Shown: piece by piece, positions 60,189 through 64,000 of the stretch
Numbering within the stretch: position 1 is the stretch's first letter
Layout: each line of letters starts with the position of its first letter
Assembly (NCBI GenBank): GCA_951406725.2
Contig: OX597835.1
Coordinates: 7,068,001 to 7,132,000, forward strand
From: Octopus vulgaris
Taxonomy: Eukaryota
Length of the DNA stretch: 64,000 nt
Direction of reading: 5' to 3'
Translations under genes and position numbers: made by a program
Notes under the pieces: generated by a model
Told to the model about the DNA's origin: nothing
Seen by the model: only the letters and a program-made list of their open reading frames with translations
The model's database searches: none

Positions 60189-60333
60189 TATACGATCACT
60201 CACATCACGATACACATATGTACACATACACACACATTCATACATACCTATATACATCAAAATGTGTATATTTATTCGTATAAATATATGGATATATATA
60301 TGTCATATATATATACATTTAAGTAAGCATACA

Positions 60334-60377
<44 letters not shown>

Positions 60378-60405
60378 TACATATGAATGTATGCATATAT
60401 AAATG

Positions 60406-60466
<61 letters not shown>

Positions 60467-61251
60467 TATATATGTCTATATATAATTTCTGTGGAACTGT
60501 TCATGTAATCACTTCTACTTTCTTATATCTCTACCCTCCTCATTCTCCTCCCTTCCTCCTCTGCAAGCTTCGGAGATAAAATACTTGTATGTTTTTACAC
60601 AATGATCGCTATATTGATTTTTTTTTCTTCGGGTGACATATCAATGATTCTTTCTTGATTTCTTTTATTTCTTACTTTCTAGTAATGTATTGGATTGAGC
60701 CAATCCTCTCTATAAGTCACTGATGCTTCTTTTAGTAAAAACATGGACGAAGGGATGGTAAATTCTTTCCTTGTTTGATGTACAATCAGACGTTATAAAG
60801 AAAGATAGGATTTTCAAACCTAACATCATCTTCTGACACAAGTAAAAGGATAAACAATAAGAGATAAAGTGCATCATACAAATGATGGTGACTCGTCTGT
60901 TGTATACGAAATGATTGCCAGGTACATAGTGCTGTATTTATATCATATTAACCACAAAAGCCTGTATTACAAAGTTTTGGGAAAAGTAAAGCGCGCTTGT
61001 TTTCCTTCTGTTTATCAATGGAATTAACAAAGACATCAGTTAACGTAAACAGGAGACATTCCAAAGTATTAGGATCAAACCTCCGATAAATACGACTATG
61101 ATAAAAAATTTCTTGTAAAACGTTTCATTAAAATTGATACCAGCAGAATATTAGATAGCTATTATCCCTTAGTTGGTTGGATTCACAACCTCTAACTTTC
61201 TTGGAATATATATATATATATATGTATGTATGCATATGCTTACGTAAATGT

Positions 61252-61296
<45 letters not shown>

Positions 61297-61441
61297 TATA
61301 CGATCACTCACATCACGATACACATATGTACACATACACACACATTCATACATACCTATATACATCAAAATGTGTATATTTATTCGTATAAATATATGGA
61401 TATATATATGTCATATATATATACATTTAAGTAAGCATACA

Positions 61442-61487
<46 letters not shown>

Positions 61488-61515
61488 TACATATGAATGT
61501 ATGCATATATAAATG

Positions 61516-61578
<63 letters not shown>

Positions 61579-62262
61579 TATATATGTCTATATATAATTT
61601 CGGTGGAACTGTTCATGTAATCACTTCTACTTTCTTATATCTCTACCCTCCTCATTCTCCTCCCCTTCCTCCTCCGCAAGCTTCGGAGATAAAATACTTG
61701 TATGTTTTTACACAATGATCGCTATATTGATTTTTTTTCTTCGGGTGACATATCAATGATTCTTTCTTGATTTGTTTTATTTCTTACTTTCTAGTAATGT
61801 ATTGGATTGAGCCAATCCTCTCTATAAGTCACTGATGCTTCTTTTAGTAAAAACATGGACGAAGGGATGGTAAATTCTTTCCTTGTTTGATGTACAATCA
61901 GACGTTATAAAGAAAGATAGGATTTTCAAACCTAACATCATCTTCTGACACAAGTAAAAGGATAAACAATAAGAGATAAAGTGCATCATACAAATGATGG
62001 TGACTCGTCTGTTGTATACGAAATGATTGCCAGGTACATAGTGCTGTATTTATATCATATTAACCACAAAAGCCTGTATTACAAAGTTTTGGGAAAAGTA
62101 AAGCGCGCTTGTTTTCCTTCTGTTTATCAATGGAATTAACAAAGACATCAGTTAACGTAAACAGGAGACATTCCAAAGTATTAGGATCAAACCTCCGATA
62201 AATACGACTATGATAAAAAATTTCTTGATTTAAAATAAATTAAAACGTTTCATTAAAATTGA
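60028..62262. repeat. Tandem duplication of ~1110 bp, near-identical copies
   Basis: taccagcagaatattagatagc starts at 60028 and 61138; copies differ by a few SNPs, microsatellite lengths and a ~13-bp indel near the end. Confidence 0.95.
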
Positions 62263-62689
62263 AGTTCCAAACATAAGCTGAGAGCAGCTGCCTTGAGCAG
62301 ACCGTTTTCTCCCAAACATAGTTGAAGCTTGCGATGTGTACTGTGTTTCCCTGTTATGATAAAAGTCTAATTTAGTACGAACACACACACACACAAATAC
62401 ATACACACGTACACGCACACACTTTCGTGTTAATTTACGTTCCAAATACCAGCGCAATAAAAACAAAGATATTTTACTAAATTCTTCAATGTTTTCAAAA
62501 TTTATTGAACAAAATGTGTATATTTCAACAGAAATATGGTAAGAAAAGGTTTAAATTGATCTAAATTGCAATTTTCGACCAAACTTTCATGCTAAGTTAC
62601 GTGTGGCAGATTTACTTTACTGAATTCTCCCGTATTTTCGAAATCAATTTAAACATAGTCAGTGTATTTGAACAGAAATATCGTATCTA

Positions 62690-62910
62690 AAAGGCGGCGT
62701 GCTGGCAGAAAAGGTTAGCACGCCGGGCGATATGCTTAGCCGTATTTTGTCTGCCGCTACGCTCTGTGTTCAAATTCCACCGAGGTCGATTTTTACCTTT
62801 CATCCTTTTGGGATCGATAAAATAAGTACCAGTTGAACACTGGACTCGATGTAATTGACTCATCCCCTCCCGCCACAATTGCTGCCCTTTTGGCAAAGTT
62901 TGAATCCATT
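62690..62910 (+). mobile_element. SINE family B followed by ~520 bp of (ATT/ATC)n
   Basis: aaggcggcgtgctggcagaaaaggttagcacgccgggc...ccttttgggatcgataaaataagtaccagtt. Confidence 0.8.
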
Positions 62911-62969
62911 GCTATTATTATTATTACTATTATTATTATTGTTGTTGTTGTTGTTGCTATTATTATTAC

Positions 62970-63009
<40 letters not shown>

Positions 63010-63079
63010 GTTGTTATTATTATCATCATCATCATTATTATTATCATTATTATTATCATTATTATTATTATTATTATTA

Positions 63080-63149
<70 letters not shown>

Positions 63150-63277
63150 CATCATTATTATTATCATCATCATTATTATTATCATCATCATTATTATCAT
63201 CATCATTATTATTATTATTATTATTATTATCATCATCATCATTATTATTATTATTATTATCATTATTATTATTATTA

Positions 63278-63419
<142 letters not shown>

Positions 63420-64000
63420 CATTATTATTATTACTATTATTTACATTGGTAGAGACGGGTGGAACGAATTGTTGAACTTTACAAAATTCTCACAAACCTA
63501 ATCGTGGGAGAAATTAAATACTATAATGGATTTAGTCCGGTGCTATTCAGTCTTTGAGTAAATCTGAGCGACTTTTATACGTAATCTATACATTGATGAT
63601 GAAATATTAACCTTCAAGTTTGTTCTTTGCGAAATAAAACGACAAAGAGAGTTAGAACCATTTCTTTCTCCTCTGTGTGTGTGTCTGTGTGTGTGTGTGT
63701 GTGTTGGGCTTTTCTTCGGTCTTGTCTTTCATGTAATCGCGAGAGAAGGTAAGTGGGGAGTAAAAAACACGGGAAAAATGTAGACTTCATCAGCGGGAAA
63801 ATATAAGAAGGGGTGTGGAGTGGGGTGCTAACCGGTGGCAACGATCTGGCTTCTCACCAAACATAACGGCTCCGTTGTAAAAGCTTCGCACTTTATGGTT
63901 GGAAACCATCCAAGTTTATAATTTATCGCTATGTATAGTCACTAACCTATACCCTACATACACACACGCCCGCAGAAACACACACACTAATATATATATA

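Overview
AT-rich eukaryotic DNA dense in microsatellites and SINEs; the repeat landscape suggests an Octopus-like cephalopod (inference). The only host coding sequence I can support is five minus-strand exons (51291-50988, 35063-34917, 16415-16240, 7699-7564, 3809-3652). They splice in frame at canonical GT/AG sites into 307 codons resembling the extracellular ANF-receptor-type domain of a receptor guanylyl cyclase (Gyc32E/Gyc76C/NPR-like); the gene continues past both window ends. The introns hold three tRNA-derived SINE families, a decayed Penelope-like element, R4/Dong-type LINE tails in TAA repeats, CR1 and Tx1/L1 remnants, Tc1/mariner fragments, mosaic Helitrons, a 162-bp array and a 1.1-kb tandem duplication. 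The most interesting signal is about 11 type-I hammerhead-ribozyme-like motifs, mostly decayed, several lying in or beside long foldback elements embedded in (TA)n tracts. Most are antisense to the host gene, and the two sense-strand copies have broken catalytic cores. Nearly all ORFs in the supplied track are microsatellite artefacts.
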